Positions 9,567 to 20,891 of a DNA stretch of 64,000 nucleotides are shown piece after piece; positions within the stretch are counted from its first letter, which is position 1, and every line of letters begins with the position of its first letter. The notes under the pieces are model-generated. The model was not told the DNA's origin. It searched no databases and worked only from the letters and a program-made list of their open reading frames with translations. The stretch is taken from NCBI GenBank assembly GCA_965222115.1, contig CBDCTJ010000007.1, positions 3,006,731 to 3,070,730 on the forward strand, read 5' to 3'. This DNA comes from Planctomycetota bacterium. GTDB lineage: Bacteria > Planctomycetota > PLA2 > JAEUHO01. Position numbers and translations under genes: made by a program.

Positions 9567-10241
9567 CTACAGCGTACGTTGCCAATCGATGGCGTACTCC
9601 CCCAGCAGTGTATTGGCCTCACTGAAATGCCCGCATCCTCGAAATCCGCGTACAGATAAGGGCGATGGATGGCTTGCCGTGAGCACCGGCTGACGGTTGG
9701 CGATCACGCGAGACATGCGCTTGGCGTGATTGCCCCACAATAGAAAAACTACGCGCTGCGGTTGGCTCGCAAGCACGTCAATGGTGGCGGCCGTGATCGC
9801 CTCCCACCCCTTGCCTCGATGGGCACCTGCGTCGCCTTCACGCACCGTGAGAATCGTGTTCAACAAGAACACACCTTGCTTCGCCCACGCGGTCAAATCG
9901 CCCGAGTGCGCGTCCATGTCGCACGCCATGTCTCGCGCGACCTCTTCCAAAATGTTTCGAAGTGATCGCGGCACCGATCCCGATCCGCGGTACGAGAATG
10001 CCAAACCATGTGCATGACCCGGCGTCGGGTAGGGATCTTGTCCGACGATGACGACGCGCGCGCGCCCCGGAGGCACGAGGTTGTATGCGGCAAAAACGAG
10101 TTGAGGATCAGGCAGCCATGTTCGGCGGGCCTTCGTTTCGTCGTCGAGAAATGCCATCAACGGTGCCGTTGCCGTGTCACTCAACACCGTCCCAAGGGCC
10201 TTGCGCCAATCGGGCGAGATAAGATGAGCGCGAACATCCAT
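9567..10241 (-). CDS. ung: Uracil-DNA glycosylase, family 1
   Basis: GQDPYPTPGHAHGLAFS water-activating loop and C-terminal HPSPLS motif. Confidence 0.9.
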   Translation of the reverse strand: MDVRAHLISPDWRKALGTVLSDTATAPLMAFLDDETKARRTWLPDPQLVFAAYNLVPPGRARVVIVGQDPYPTPGHAHGLAFSYRGSGSVPRSLRNILEEVARDMACDMDAHSGDLTAWAKQGVFLLNTILTVREGDAGAHRGKGWEAITAATIDVLASQPQRVVFLLWGNHAKRMSRVIANRQPVLTASHPSPLSVRGFRGCGHFSEANTLLGEYAIDWQRTL

Positions 10242-10316
10242 AGGCGCAGTGTGCCGACGGTGTCCCCCGCTGCCCCACGCGTTTTTCGCCCGAACCGTGC
10301 TACCTTTCCGATTCCT

Positions 10317-11144
10317 ATGGCAACGACAGCGCCTCCGCCTCTGATCGATTCACACTGCCACCTCACGTGGCCGAGTCTTGTCGACGACGTACCCGCCCTC
10401 GTGGCGCGTATGGACGAACAAAACGTGGTTCAGGCCGTTGTGGTGGCCACTTCCGTAGAGGACGCCTTGGCCACGCATGCCCTCTGTGCTCGCTATGACG
10501 CTCTGTTCCCCACGGCCGGCATTCATCCATGTGACGTACCGAAAGGCCTCGACGAGGCATTGGGTCAACTGGGTGAACTCGTGGCGACAGGCGACTATGT
10601 GGCAGTCGGCGAGACGGGACTCGACTACTTCCGCGACGAATCGGCCGTCGAATGCCAACGCAAGAGCTTTCAGGCGCAGTGTGAACTTGCGCGCGACTCC
10701 GATCTGCCGGTGATCGTCCACATTCGCGACAAACCCGCGCGCGAGCGTGCATTTCAGGATGTAGCCGACATCATCGGCTCGGTACAAGGGCTACGGGGCG
10801 TCATCCACTGCTACACGGGCGAAGCCAGCTTTGCGGAGACCTATCAAGAGCTGGGTATGCACGTTTCATTCAGTGGCATCTTGACCTTCCCGAAGGGAGA
10901 GAACGTGCGACGTGCCGCCGACGTCGTGGATGCATCCCGGCTCTTGGTTGAAACCGACAGCCCCTTCCTCGCGCCGGTGCCACGGCGTGGAAAACGCAAT
11001 GAGCCTGCCTACGTTCGCCACACGGCGCGAGCATTGGCCGAGCGTAAATCCATGAGCGAGTCGGACTTGGCCTTGGTGACGACCTCCAATGCGCGCGACT
11101 TGTTTGGACTGCCCACCTCTACTCCTGTGGGCTCGGAGAACTAG
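10317..11144 (+). CDS. tatD: TatD-family metal-dependent DNase/hydrolase
   Basis: IDSHCHL at the N-terminus, internal GETGLDY, and a C-terminal ETDSPFL motif. The listed ORF start (10008) overlaps ung; the internal ATG at 10317 fits the family's N-terminus. Confidence 0.8.
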   Translation: MATTAPPPLIDSHCHLTWPSLVDDVPALVARMDEQNVVQAVVVATSVEDALATHALCARYDALFPTAGIHPCDVPKGLDEALGQLGELVATGDYVAVGETGLDYFRDESAVECQRKSFQAQCELARDSDLPVIVHIRDKPARERAFQDVADIIGSVQGLRGVIHCYTGEASFAETYQELGMHVSFSGILTFPKGENVRRAADVVDASRLLVETDSPFLAPVPRRGKRNEPAYVRHTARALAERKSMSESDLALVTTSNARDLFGLPTSTPVGSEN

Positions 11145-11146
11145 CC

Positions 11147-12136
11147 GTGGCAAATTCCGATACGCAAGTGGCGGCCCAAATCGTTGCGAAGTATGTGGAC
11201 GACGTGGCCAAGCTTCAGCGCGAAATCGGACGCGTCATCGTGGGAAACGACGAGTTGGTCGACGCCGTCCTCCTCTGCCTGTTTTGTGGCGGGCACCTGC
11301 TCATGGAAGGAGTACCCGGCACCGGCAAAACGCTGCTCGTTCGCACCTTGGCCGAGTGCGTAGACGTCGACTTCGGTCGCATACAGTGCACGCCCGATCT
11401 TATGCCGGCGGATGTTATTGGCACCTACCTCATGACCGAATCGAAGGGACAGCGCGAGTTTCGCTTTCGGAAAGGTCCTGTGTTTGCCAACGTCGTGTTG
11501 GCCGACGAGATCAATCGCGCCACGCCCAAGACACAGAGCGCGCTCTTGGAATCGATGCAAGAAGGGCAAGTCACGGCCGGCGGCAAGACCTATCCGCTGC
11601 CCGTACCGTTTGTTGTGCTGGCCACCATCAATCCCATCGAAATGGAAGGTACGTATCCTCTTCCGGAGGCACAACTCGATCGATTTTTGTTGAAAGCACT
11701 GGTCACCAATCTCGGTGTGGAGGATATGGAAACCGTGCTCGACCGTACCACGGCCGGTGTCACGACATCGGTTCGTCCGGTTTTGGATGCCGAGCGCATT
11801 GTAGACATGCAGCAGTTGACGAGACAGGTGCCATTGGGTCCTAAGCCTAAGCGTTGGATTGCGCGGCTGGTGGACGCCACGCGCCCCACATCACCCCACG
11901 CGAGCGATATCGTCAAAAAGTATGTTCGCTATGGCGCCAGCGTTCGGGCGGCTCAGGCAATCACACTTGGTGCCAAGTACCGTGCATTGCGAAACGGTCG
12001 TGGTGCGGTTGCCATTGCCGACGCACGTGCCATCGCCCACAGCGCGCTTCGCCACCGCCTGGCCCTCAACTTCGAAGCCGAGGCCGAGGGAATCGTGCCC
12101 GAATCGATCGTTGACGCGGCGTTGCGCTCTGCGTAA
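11147..12136 (+). CDS. MoxR-family AAA+ ATPase
   Basis: Walker A GVPGTGKT. Motif ADEINRATPKTQSALLESMQE is typical of MoxR/RavA. Confidence 0.85.
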   Translation: MANSDTQVAAQIVAKYVDDVAKLQREIGRVIVGNDELVDAVLLCLFCGGHLLMEGVPGTGKTLLVRTLAECVDVDFGRIQCTPDLMPADVIGTYLMTESKGQREFRFRKGPVFANVVLADEINRATPKTQSALLESMQEGQVTAGGKTYPLPVPFVVLATINPIEMEGTYPLPEAQLDRFLLKALVTNLGVEDMETVLDRTTAGVTTSVRPVLDAERIVDMQQLTRQVPLGPKPKRWIARLVDATRPTSPHASDIVKKYVRYGASVRAAQAITLGAKYRALRNGRGAVAIADARAIAHSALRHRLALNFEAEAEGIVPESIVDAALRSA

Positions 12137-12375
12137 CTGCCGATGCGCCCCATTCCGGCCATTTTCTGGCCCATGCCGGGAAACCGGTGTGGTCGTTTCG
12201 AGGGCCCACTGCTCTCCGGGGGATAGGATTGAGCGCCCCAAACGGTGGACGGGTGGGTTTCGCTACCCCGCGTCCGCGATGAGGGATTCGGCCCCCACGG
12301 TGGGCCGTCGATGGAACATGGGCCACGGCTTGAGCGCTTTTGCTCCGACCGGCTCACTTGCTCAGTCAGGGAGAA

Positions 12376-13143
12376 ATGATGAAGCTCGAAAAGCACCGCT
12401 ACGAAGATGTTGTGATTCTGCGGTTTACGGGGGAGTTTGACACGTTCAACTTGCCTACATTTAGCGAACGAATTGACCGCATGGCAGCTGCGGGCGACGA
12501 CCACTTCATTTTGGATTTGAAGCTCCTTCGATTCATCAATTCCGCGGCGCTCGGCTACCTCATCAAGATGTCCAAGCGCGCCAAGGCGGGTGGCGGCGAA
12601 GTGCTAATCGCTCGCCCCTCCAAGTTTGTAAAGAAGACGCTCACCACACTCGGACTCGACAGCGTGTTCAAGGTGTTTGACTCGGTTGAATCGGCCATGC
12701 TTCATTTCAAGAAGGGACTCGACATTGGTCAGCTCAACTTGGAAGGTGGCGAAGAAGATGACGCGCTCAAAGGTGAGACGCCCATTCTCTTCCGTCCCAT
12801 TGGCGAGAAAGGCGATGAGTTACCCAATCAAGTGGGGCGGATCGTCACACTCCGCGAAGACGGCCTGCTGTTTCGCTGCGACGTTTCCGCGGATGGTAGC
12901 GACCCCATAAGCAACTTCTTGCAGTCCGGTACGCAGATCAAAATGAAGTTTCGGCAGCCCTTCGCGGTCAAGGACTACTACTTCGAAATGACCGGCGAAG
13001 TCATTGACGTGACGCGCGCCGACGAAGAGAGCAATCACGTTCTCACGGCGCGGGTGTCCTACGGCGACATGAAATCGTCCGACCGTGAACACCTCGATGA
13101 ATTCGTCAAAAACCACAAAGAGTGGAAGTCGGAGCTCGGTTAG
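12376..13143 (+). CDS. STAS (anti-sigma-factor antagonist-like) domain fused to a PilZ-like C-terminal domain
   Basis: N-terminal 110 aa resemble SpoIIAA/STAS (VILRFTGEFDTFNLPTF...LDLKLLRFINSAALGYL). C-terminus has the PilZ DxSxxG motif (DVSADG); an RxxxR motif is not obvious. GGGAG SD precedes ATGATG at 12376/12379. Confidence 0.55.
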   Translation: MMKLEKHRYEDVVILRFTGEFDTFNLPTFSERIDRMAAAGDDHFILDLKLLRFINSAALGYLIKMSKRAKAGGGEVLIARPSKFVKKTLTTLGLDSVFKVFDSVESAMLHFKKGLDIGQLNLEGGEEDDALKGETPILFRPIGEKGDELPNQVGRIVTLREDGLLFRCDVSADGSDPISNFLQSGTQIKMKFRQPFAVKDYYFEMTGEVIDVTRADEESNHVLTARVSYGDMKSSDREHLDEFVKNHKEWKSELG

Positions 13144-13149
13144 CCCGGA

Positions 13150-14268
13150 CTACATATGGGTTAGTGCCCGAAGCACCTCGTCGCGTCTGACGTCGGTCGC
13201 GATGAGGAGCGAGCGTTTCCCTGATGCCATGGTCGGCAGGATGAACGTGTGTGTCTCGTCGGCGCTGCGCTTCTTGTCGTGAGCCATTGCCCGAAGCAGT
13301 TGTTCTTCGTCGATACCGCGAGGCACTTGTACGGGCAGCCCAACCGTTGACAGTTTTGCTCGTTGCGCCTCCGAGTCGTCACGCGTCAATAATCCGCGCG
13401 CAACCGAGAGTTCGGCGGCTGCCACCATACCTATGGCGACTGCTTCGCCGTGGCGCAGCGTGTCATTGCTCACCAGTCGCTCAAGCGCGTGGCCAATTGT
13501 GTGCCCGTAGTTGAGTAGCCGCCGCTGCCCCAGATCGCGTTCGTCCTGTTCGACCAGTGAGGCCTTGATACGACCCGCGACGGCGATCCACGGTCCCCAT
13601 GTAGTGACATCGGAGTCGGGCTTCGGTAGCGATTCGAGCTGTGGATGGGCGCGCACCCAACCGCACTTGTAGATTTCGGCAAGTCCGGCCTGTGCATCTC
13701 TTGTGTCGAGCGTTCGCAAAGTCGCTACGTCACACACTACATGGCTCGGTGGATAGAACGCGCCCACCAAGTTCTTGCCAGCATCGGAATTGATCGCAAC
13801 TTTGCCACCAATCGCGGCGTCGCACATCCCAACGACGGTCGTTGGAACTGCCATCCACGGCATACCGCGTCGCGCCAGACAAGCGGCAAGTCCGCCCACA
13901 TCAGTGGCCGCGCCCCCCCCCACTACGATCACCGGCTCATCGCGTCGAAGGCTCAACAACAAATCGATCACTGCCTTCAGCGTGGACCACGTCTTCGCTC
14001 GTTCACCGCGCGGCAGCACAATGGGTGTGACGTCGAACTTCGCGGCGACATCGCTCGGAACCGGCCAAAGCGAATCGACGTGTTCGTCCACAATCCAGGC
14101 AACGCGCGTTGCATCGGGCAGCCACGCACGCAGTCGCGTGCCCAACGAGGCGTACAAGCGCGCGCCGTACGCAATATCCGTCGGACATCTGGGGAGATCG
14201 ACACGCGCGCGATCATCCCACGCTGGCGATTGAATGTGCTGTTGCGTCAAGGTTGTGGCTCCGCCCAA
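13150..14268 (-). CDS. aroB: 3-dehydroquinate synthase
   Basis: GGGAATDVGGLAA nucleotide-binding loop, GKNLVGAFYPP and HTIGHALE motifs. Confidence 0.85.
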   Translation of the reverse strand: MGGATTLTQQHIQSPAWDDRARVDLPRCPTDIAYGARLYASLGTRLRAWLPDATRVAWIVDEHVDSLWPVPSDVAAKFDVTPIVLPRGERAKTWSTLKAVIDLLLSLRRDEPVIVVGGGAATDVGGLAACLARRGMPWMAVPTTVVGMCDAAIGGKVAINSDAGKNLVGAFYPPSHVVCDVATLRTLDTRDAQAGLAEIYKCGWVRAHPQLESLPKPDSDVTTWGPWIAVAGRIKASLVEQDERDLGQRRLLNYGHTIGHALERLVSNDTLRHGEAVAIGMVAAAELSVARGLLTRDDSEAQRAKLSTVGLPVQVPRGIDEEQLLRAMAHDKKRSADETHTFILPTMASGKRSLLIATDVRRDEVLRALTHM

Positions 14269-15885
14269 TCAGTCCGGGGTCGGTGAATCATCTGGTTTCG
14301 TTGGTGATTCCGGTGGCGTGCCCGCGACCTTGCCTTGACCGGCTGCGCGCGCGCGACGACGTAGGGCCATACGATGCGCTTCCATACGCTTCTGTTGGCG
14401 GGCACCGCTGGGGACAATCACGAGGAAGAACAGCAACGCAAAGAGCACCATGCCCGCGGCAATCCACACCATGATGTTGCTGAGGCCGCGGTCCTTGCTG
14501 TAGACAACCGGGTGGGCGTCAAGCACGACGAAGAGCGGGACGGTGTACATATGCGTCCCGCCACGCTTAGAGCGAAATCGCGTCTTGTAGGAGTAGTTCT
14601 TCACGAACACCCCGTAGAGGGCGACATGGTCCTGTCGCTTTCCCGTGAAGTTGGGCAACTCCTGACCGCGAAAGGCCATGACGGTGGGAATCGCAAGGTG
14701 CATGTAGTGATCGGAGAGAATCGTCACCATGTCGAAGCCGTCGATTTGCCACGGATTGCGCGGCACGGTCTCCCACCCTTCCTGCGTCCAGTCGGCCAGC
14801 ATGCCGGTAACACGAAACAGCTTGCCACGCGCAGCCTCGGTAAACGGTCGGTCGGCCTTTTCGTCTACATCGATTTCCTTCATCCAGCGATCAAACGTAT
14901 CGCCTTCCCACGGAGTCCAGGGAATCGTTTTTGATTTGATCCCCTCGTGGATCTTCGTGTAGCCCTCGGATCGCGCCCACCTAATCGTTTGAAAGACTGC
15001 GTTCTCAAGCAGCTTTACGCTGTCTTTCATCTTTCGGTCGCGCACGTCTTCCCAACTCGCGTGGTCGAGCTCAAGAATCGTCTCCGCGGCTCGCTTGGGC
15101 GGATAGGCAATGCGGGCACGATGAAGAAAGAACACGGGCGTCGTGCCTCGAAGGATCGTTTCTCCAATCGTGCCCGTTCGCATTTGCAAGAACGTGCCAC
15201 GCAAAACGACATCGTGGCCAGGCATGATCGTTTCGGCGACCCGATGGGGGCCGACCGTATCCAACGGTGCGCCGTGCCCCACGTCCGACTCATTGCCAAC
15301 CGATACCGATGCCGCAAGTGTGCCGTCTTCCCCTTCGATCACGAGCGACCACAGACGCGCGTCGCCCTTGGGCGCATCCGGACGCCGAAACACCTCGCGC
15401 GTTCGATCAATCACGTTGCCGACGATGTCAAACGTGCGACCGACGAGGGCGTTTGAGTCGTCGTTCTGGGAGGATGTCTTGGTCAGGGTGATGAATTCGG
15501 CGGGCGTGAGCTGGCGCTCAGGCCTCGGATACCACCCGGGCTGGTCGTTGAGGAACGCGATCGCGCCCGAGGCATAGCGAAACGGTGCATCGCCCGATGC
15601 CTCAACGCGCTGGGCGAGCTTCGCGCGATCGATCGCGACGGGGCTTGCCGAGTCTTTGGCGTTCGTGCCACCGACGGCGGTGTTGTCTGAGGCGCCGTCG
15701 CCATCCGGCGAGGTTCCCGTTTCGACTCGAGTGTCCGCGCCTTCATCAGTCCGCTTGTCGCGCATGGCATGGTCGGCGAAAATTGCGGCGCCCAGGACCA
15801 CCATCCCCGCGACGTATAGCGACAGGCGGATCTTCTCTTGGCGATGAAGTCCGGCCTGGCGCTCCTTCTTCAGATGGTCGAGCAT
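14269..15885 (-). CDS. Hypothetical membrane protein with N- and C-terminal TM segments
   Basis: 538-aa ORF abutting aroB. Hydrophobic segments lie near both ends. No recognisable domain. Confidence 0.5.
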   Translation of the reverse strand: MLDHLKKERQAGLHRQEKIRLSLYVAGMVVLGAAIFADHAMRDKRTDEGADTRVETGTSPDGDGASDNTAVGGTNAKDSASPVAIDRAKLAQRVEASGDAPFRYASGAIAFLNDQPGWYPRPERQLTPAEFITLTKTSSQNDDSNALVGRTFDIVGNVIDRTREVFRRPDAPKGDARLWSLVIEGEDGTLAASVSVGNESDVGHGAPLDTVGPHRVAETIMPGHDVVLRGTFLQMRTGTIGETILRGTTPVFFLHRARIAYPPKRAAETILELDHASWEDVRDRKMKDSVKLLENAVFQTIRWARSEGYTKIHEGIKSKTIPWTPWEGDTFDRWMKEIDVDEKADRPFTEAARGKLFRVTGMLADWTQEGWETVPRNPWQIDGFDMVTILSDHYMHLAIPTVMAFRGQELPNFTGKRQDHVALYGVFVKNYSYKTRFRSKRGGTHMYTVPLFVVLDAHPVVYSKDRGLSNIMVWIAAGMVLFALLFFLVIVPSGARQQKRMEAHRMALRRRARAAGQGKVAGTPPESPTKPDDSPTPD

Positions 15886-15984
15886 TCTCGTTGCCTCTGC
15901 GGGGTCGGCCGGGGTGCCTCGATTCTACAGGAAGATCGTGCGCGTCCGGGGAGGGATCGAAGCAGGTCAGGCTATTCTCCGCGC

Positions 15985-17328
15985 ATGACCGCGCCACCCC
16001 AACAACCGCTTGAAACACGAGACGACTTTGACGCGTTGCTGGCCGCCGTAACGAACTACGAAGAGAAAATGCCCAAGCGGCTTGTTCCGCGCAAGTTCCG
16101 ACTGGAGCGTACGCGAGCATTGCTTCGCCTGCTCGGCTCGCCGGAACAGCGCATTCCGACCACGCATGTTGCGGGGTCCAAGGGCAAGGGGAGTGTGTGC
16201 CGCATGGTTGCCGCGATTCTGATGGCAGCCAATCGAGGTCCGGTTGGACTCTATACGTCTCCCCACGTTGAGGATTTGGCCGAACGCGTGATGGTGGATG
16301 GACAGCCTGCCATGGGTGGCGAATTGGCCCACGCCGCAGAGTCATTTCGAGACCACGTGATTACAGCGCAAGGCACAGATGACGCGCCGACATTCTTCGA
16401 AATTCTCACAGCGGCGGCCTGGGGTGTGTTCGCCGCCCGGCAGTGCCAACATGTCGTACTCGAAACGGGCCTAGGCGGACGCCTCGACGCCACCAATACG
16501 TGCCACCCCACCGTCTGCGCGATCACACCGATTGAGCTCGAACATACGGCATTGCTTGGCAACACACTGGCGGCCGTTGCCGGCGAAAAGGCGGGCATCC
16601 TCAAACAGGGCGTACCGGTCGTCACATCGGCCCGCGGCGACGCACTGCGAGTGATTGTGGAGCGTGCGGCAGCACTTCAGTGCCCAGTCCATATCCTTGG
16701 CGAGTCGTATGATTGTGAAGCCGTAACGCCAAAGGGTCTTGACGGCATTCGCGTGTCCCTTCGCACGCAGGATGGGTATCGCGAGTTGGAGGTTCCCGTC
16801 CTGGGGCTCCATCAGGGCGAAAACGCGGCAGTGGCAGCCGTCGTTGCGCGTTGCCTCGGCGTTTCGTGGAAGCACATCGAAGCCGGTCTCGCAAGCGTCG
16901 TCTTGCCGGCAGCGATGGAAGTGGTCTTTACGGATCCATTGATCGTGCTGGACGGCGCCCACACCGCGCGATCGGCGGCGGCCGCGAACAAGACGCTCAA
17001 AACGTGGTGGCCCACGCGCAAGCGTGTTGCGTTGGTGGCGATGTTGCGAACGAAGAAATCGGAAAACGTTCTTCCCGATCTCATTGCCGGCGCCCACACC
17101 GTAGTGGTCACGCAAGTTGGGTCGCCTCGGGCTGTACCTGCTGAATCGCTGGCAGAAATCACTGCCTCATTGACTGACGCACTGGTGATTGCCGACACGA
17201 ATCCCAGGCATGCCTTGGAACGCGCGACCGACGCTATGGCGATGGACGACGTCATGTTGATCTCGGGAAGCCTCTACCTCGCGGGCATGTTGCGCGGCAC
17301 ATGGAGTCGGACGAAACGGGAGTCCTGA
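15985..17328 (+). CDS. folC: Folylpolyglutamate synthase/dihydrofolate synthase (Mur ligase family)
   Basis: GSKGKGS P-loop and DGAHT motif. Internal Met MTAPPQQ at 15985 is chosen to avoid overlap with the divergent upstream gene. Confidence 0.8.
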   Translation: MTAPPQQPLETRDDFDALLAAVTNYEEKMPKRLVPRKFRLERTRALLRLLGSPEQRIPTTHVAGSKGKGSVCRMVAAILMAANRGPVGLYTSPHVEDLAERVMVDGQPAMGGELAHAAESFRDHVITAQGTDDAPTFFEILTAAAWGVFAARQCQHVVLETGLGGRLDATNTCHPTVCAITPIELEHTALLGNTLAAVAGEKAGILKQGVPVVTSARGDALRVIVERAAALQCPVHILGESYDCEAVTPKGLDGIRVSLRTQDGYRELEVPVLGLHQGENAAVAAVVARCLGVSWKHIEAGLASVVLPAAMEVVFTDPLIVLDGAHTARSAAAANKTLKTWWPTRKRVALVAMLRTKKSENVLPDLIAGAHTVVVTQVGSPRAVPAESLAEITASLTDALVIADTNPRHALERATDAMAMDDVMLISGSLYLAGMLRGTWSRTKRES

Positions 17329-20300
17329 GCGTGGCAGCGGGGCGCTGGCAATTTCTCATCGATCGTGGCGGCACGTTTACGGACTGTATTGGCGTCGCAC
17401 CGGACGGGCATACGCACACCGCAAAGGTGCTTTCAACTAGCAATGCCCCGGTGATCGCGATTCGCAAGATCCTCGGCATCACAGACGACGAGGCGGTCCC
17501 TCCGTGTGACGTTCGCATGGGCACAACGGTGGCCACCAACGCGTTGCTGGAACGAAAGGGGGAACGGACGATCCTTGTTGTCACTCGGGGCTTTCGCGAC
17601 GCGCTGGCAATTGGCAACCAGACGCGACCCGATATCTTCGCGCTGCATACCGAGCCACCCGACGTGCTGTATGACGCGGTCATCGAAGTGGACGGACGCG
17701 CCGATTCGAATGGCACGATCATCGCGAACACGAACATGGACGAGTTTGCAACCCACATCGATCGTGAGTTGCAGCGGGGTGCAGCGAGCGTTGCCGTTGC
17801 GTTGCTTCACGCCTATGCCTGCCCGGACATTGAAAACGAGCTACTGCCCGCTCTGCAGCGCGCAGGGGTCCATCACGTAAGCCTCTCCCACCGCGTGGCG
17901 TGTGAAGTCGGTTTTGTTGGGCGAGGTGATACGACGCTTGTCGATGCCTACCTAACTCCCGTCTTGCGACGTTACATCGACGAGTTACAGGCGCAACTAC
18001 CCGGCAGCACGCTGGCATTTATGCAGTCCAACGGAACGCTGGTCGATGACGCCGGCTTTCAGGGCAAGAACGCGGTGCTATCGGGCCCGGCCGGCGGTGT
18101 GGTTGCTTGCAGGCAAGTCGCAAAGAAGCTTGGATTGCCGAGCGTGACGTGCGTTGACATGGGCGGCACATCTACCGATGTCTCTCGGATTGACGGCGAG
18201 ATAGAAACAACGCTAGAGACTGAAGTCGCGGGTGTTCGCCTGCGAACACCCATGCTGGCGATTCATACAGTTGCGGCAGGGGGTGGCTCCATCTGTCGCT
18301 ACGACGGTTACCGTTTGACCGTGGGGCCTGAAAGCTCGGGCGCCGATCCTGGCCCCCTTTGTTACGGGCGCGAATCGGCAAACGCGCTGACGCTAACCGA
18401 CATCAACCTCCTGTTGGGACGACTACGTGACGATCACTTTCCGTTTCCATTGGCACGGGAGCGCGCTCAACGAGGCCTGGATGAACTCTCAGCACACATA
18501 GATGGCAAAGATGCACCCGATGTGGCTGAAGGCTTCTTTCGCGTCGCGATTCATCACCTCGCAGATGCCATAGCGCACGTCACGACAGCCAGAGGTCACG
18601 ATGTTCGCAACGATGGGCTGATCGTCTTTGGAGGTGCCGCCGGTCAACATGCTTGCGCGCTCGCCCGCTCGCTGGATGTGGACACGGTGGTACTGCCGCC
18701 GTACGCAGGATTGCTTTCGGCCGTGGGCATGGGGAGCGCGACACACGGATGGAGCGAAGCGCGCGACATCGGGCGACCTTTGCTCTCCTGCGAATCGGAT
18801 GCGCTCATTGTGAGTGCCTTCCAATCAATCGAATCCGATGTTGATGACGGCAACAAGAGTGAGATGGTACGGCAGGTCGAGTTGCGCTATCGGGGCTGCG
18901 ACGCGTGCATCACGGTGACTTGGAACGGCGTCGATGCAGCTCGTGAATCGTTCGTTGACGCCCATCACAAGCAGTTCGGCTACATCCGTGATAGACACGA
19001 CATTGAGGTCGCGGCTGTTCGACTTCAAGTCACGTTTGGCGTTCCGCGTCGATTGAATCCACCCGCAATCCGAGCGTCATCGACCGCTTATGAACCGGGT
19101 CGCGTCTACTTGAATGGTGCTTGGATAGACTGTGTACCTGCCCATCGCCGCGAGTCGCTCGACGTGGGAACGCGGCTTGAGGGCCCGGCGCACATCCTCG
19201 AGGCAACCGGAACACTGTTTCTTGAACCGGGGTTCAATGCCACGATGACGCAGGATGGTTCGCTGGTGATTCGACGAGTTTCGCAAGCGGTGACGCGGTC
19301 TACGCCATGCACGACGACCCGCGATCCCGTACTGCTTGAGATCTATGGCAATCGATTGATGTCCATCGCGGAACAAATGGGTCGCGTATTGGCGTTGACC
19401 GCGCAGTCCACGAACATTCGAGACCGTCTCGACTTTTCGTGTGCTGTCTTTGATGCAAGCGGTGGGCTGGTTGCGAATGCCCCGCACGTACCCGTTCACT
19501 TGGGTGCCATGAGCGCAACGGTTCGAGCCATTTTCGAACGTACGCCTGCAATGGAACCCGGCGATGTGTACGCAGCCAACGATCCATTCGCGGGTGGTTC
19601 GCATTTGCCAGACATTACCGTGGTGTCGCCTGTGTTTGACCGTGACGGCGTACTTCGATTCTTCGTCGCGAATCGAGGACATCACGAGGATGTCGGCGGT
19701 GTCACGCCCGGTTCCATGCCCGCGTTCTCCACGTCGTTGCGAGACGAAGGCGCGTCATTTGCCGCGTTGCGCATCGTTCATCGCGGGCACTTGGACGAGC
19801 AGGCCATCCGGTGCGCACTTACGAATACGGATGTCCCTGCGCGGCGCCTCGACCAAAACATCGCAGATTTGGAAGCGCAGGTCGCAGCCAATGTGCATGG
19901 CATGCGACTGCTTCATCGACTTTGTGAGCGCGTTGGGACCGAGACCGTCTCGGCCTACATGCACCACATTCAAGAAAACGCGCGCGAACGCGTAGAAGAC
20001 GCATTGAATGCGCTGCCCGATAGCGACGTTACATTTCGCGATGAACTCGACGAAGCGGGACCCATCGCAGCACGATTGATCAAACGAGGTCGCGCACTAA
20101 CCATCGACTTTGAGGGAAGTGCACCGGAACATGAGGGCAATCTCAATGCGCCACCCGCCGTCGTACACGCGGCAGTCATCTACGTCGTCCGCGTCATGGT
20201 CGGACGCAATCTACCCCTAAATGCGGGTTGTCTTGCGCCGATTACGATTCGCATTCCGTCGCCGTCCATCCTCTCGCCATCGCCCGGGCGCGCCGTCTGT

Positions 20301-20891
20301 GGTGGCAACGTGGAAACATCACAACGCATTGTGGATGCGTTGCTGGGCGCCCTGGGGTTGGCGGCGGCGAGTCAAGGCACGATGAACAATATGAGCTTTG
20401 GTTCAGATACGTTTGGCTACTACGAGACCCTTGGCGGCGGCATGGGCGCAACGACTCACGGACCAGGCGCCAGCGCCATGCACTCGCACATGACCAACAC
20501 ACGCATCACCGATCCCGAAATCCTAGAAGCGCGCTTTCCAATACGTCTGATTGAGTTCGGTATTCGTCGCGGCTCGGGCGGACAGGGTCTACACGCGGGC
20601 GGTGATGGTCTCATTCGTGAGTACGAATTCACGGCGCCGCTACGCGTATCGATCCTCAGCGAACGACGCAAGCGCACCCCTTTTGGATTGCACGGCGGCG
20701 GTTCTGGCCAACCGGGACGAAACATATTTAACGGTCAAGACATCGGTGGCAAGGCCAACCTCGACGTACGGCCCGGCGACCGCCTCCGCATCGAAACCCC
20801 CGGCGGCGGCGCCTACTCGCCAGATAAACCTGGTATTTTTGGCGCATTCCGAGTTCGCGCGGTGCCGGGCGTTCGTAGACTACAGGAATGA
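17301..20891 (+). CDS. Hydantoinase/5-oxoprolinase, fused HyuA-HyuB type
   Basis: 1196 aa. N-terminal hydantoinase A-like and C-terminal hydantoinase B-like halves. Size and order match ATP-dependent 5-oxoprolinases. A REP-like palindrome sits in the last 70 nt. Confidence 0.85.
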   Translation: MESDETGVLSVAAGRWQFLIDRGGTFTDCIGVAPDGHTHTAKVLSTSNAPVIAIRKILGITDDEAVPPCDVRMGTTVATNALLERKGERTILVVTRGFRDALAIGNQTRPDIFALHTEPPDVLYDAVIEVDGRADSNGTIIANTNMDEFATHIDRELQRGAASVAVALLHAYACPDIENELLPALQRAGVHHVSLSHRVACEVGFVGRGDTTLVDAYLTPVLRRYIDELQAQLPGSTLAFMQSNGTLVDDAGFQGKNAVLSGPAGGVVACRQVAKKLGLPSVTCVDMGGTSTDVSRIDGEIETTLETEVAGVRLRTPMLAIHTVAAGGGSICRYDGYRLTVGPESSGADPGPLCYGRESANALTLTDINLLLGRLRDDHFPFPLARERAQRGLDELSAHIDGKDAPDVAEGFFRVAIHHLADAIAHVTTARGHDVRNDGLIVFGGAAGQHACALARSLDVDTVVLPPYAGLLSAVGMGSATHGWSEARDIGRPLLSCESDALIVSAFQSIESDVDDGNKSEMVRQVELRYRGCDACITVTWNGVDAARESFVDAHHKQFGYIRDRHDIEVAAVRLQVTFGVPRRLNPPAIRASSTAYEPGRVYLNGAWIDCVPAHRRESLDVGTRLEGPAHILEATGTLFLEPGFNATMTQDGSLVIRRVSQAVTRSTPCTTTRDPVLLEIYGNRLMSIAEQMGRVLALTAQSTNIRDRLDFSCAVFDASGGLVANAPHVPVHLGAMSATVRAIFERTPAMEPGDVYAANDPFAGGSHLPDITVVSPVFDRDGVLRFFVANRGHHEDVGGVTPGSMPAFSTSLRDEGASFAALRIVHRGHLDEQAIRCALTNTDVPARRLDQNIADLEAQVAANVHGMRLLHRLCERVGTETVSAYMHHIQENARERVEDALNALPDSDVTFRDELDEAGPIAARLIKRGRALTIDFEGSAPEHEGNLNAPPAVVHAAVIYVVRVMVGRNLPLNAGCLAPITIRIPSPSILSPSPGRAVCGGNVETSQRIVDALLGALGLAAASQGTMNNMSFGSDTFGYYETLGGGMGATTHGPGASAMHSHMTNTRITDPEILEARFPIRLIEFGIRRGSGGQGLHAGGDGLIREYEFTAPLRVSILSERRKRTPFGLHGGGSGQPGRNIFNGQDIGGKANLDVRPGDRLRIETPGGGAYSPDKPGIFGAFRVRAVPGVRRLQE
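20817..20846. repeat. REP-like palindrome, copy 3
   Basis: TCGCCAGATAAACC-T-GGTATTTTTGGCGCA. Overlaps the 3' end of the hydantoinase ORF, 42 nt before the next gene. Confidence 0.6.
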
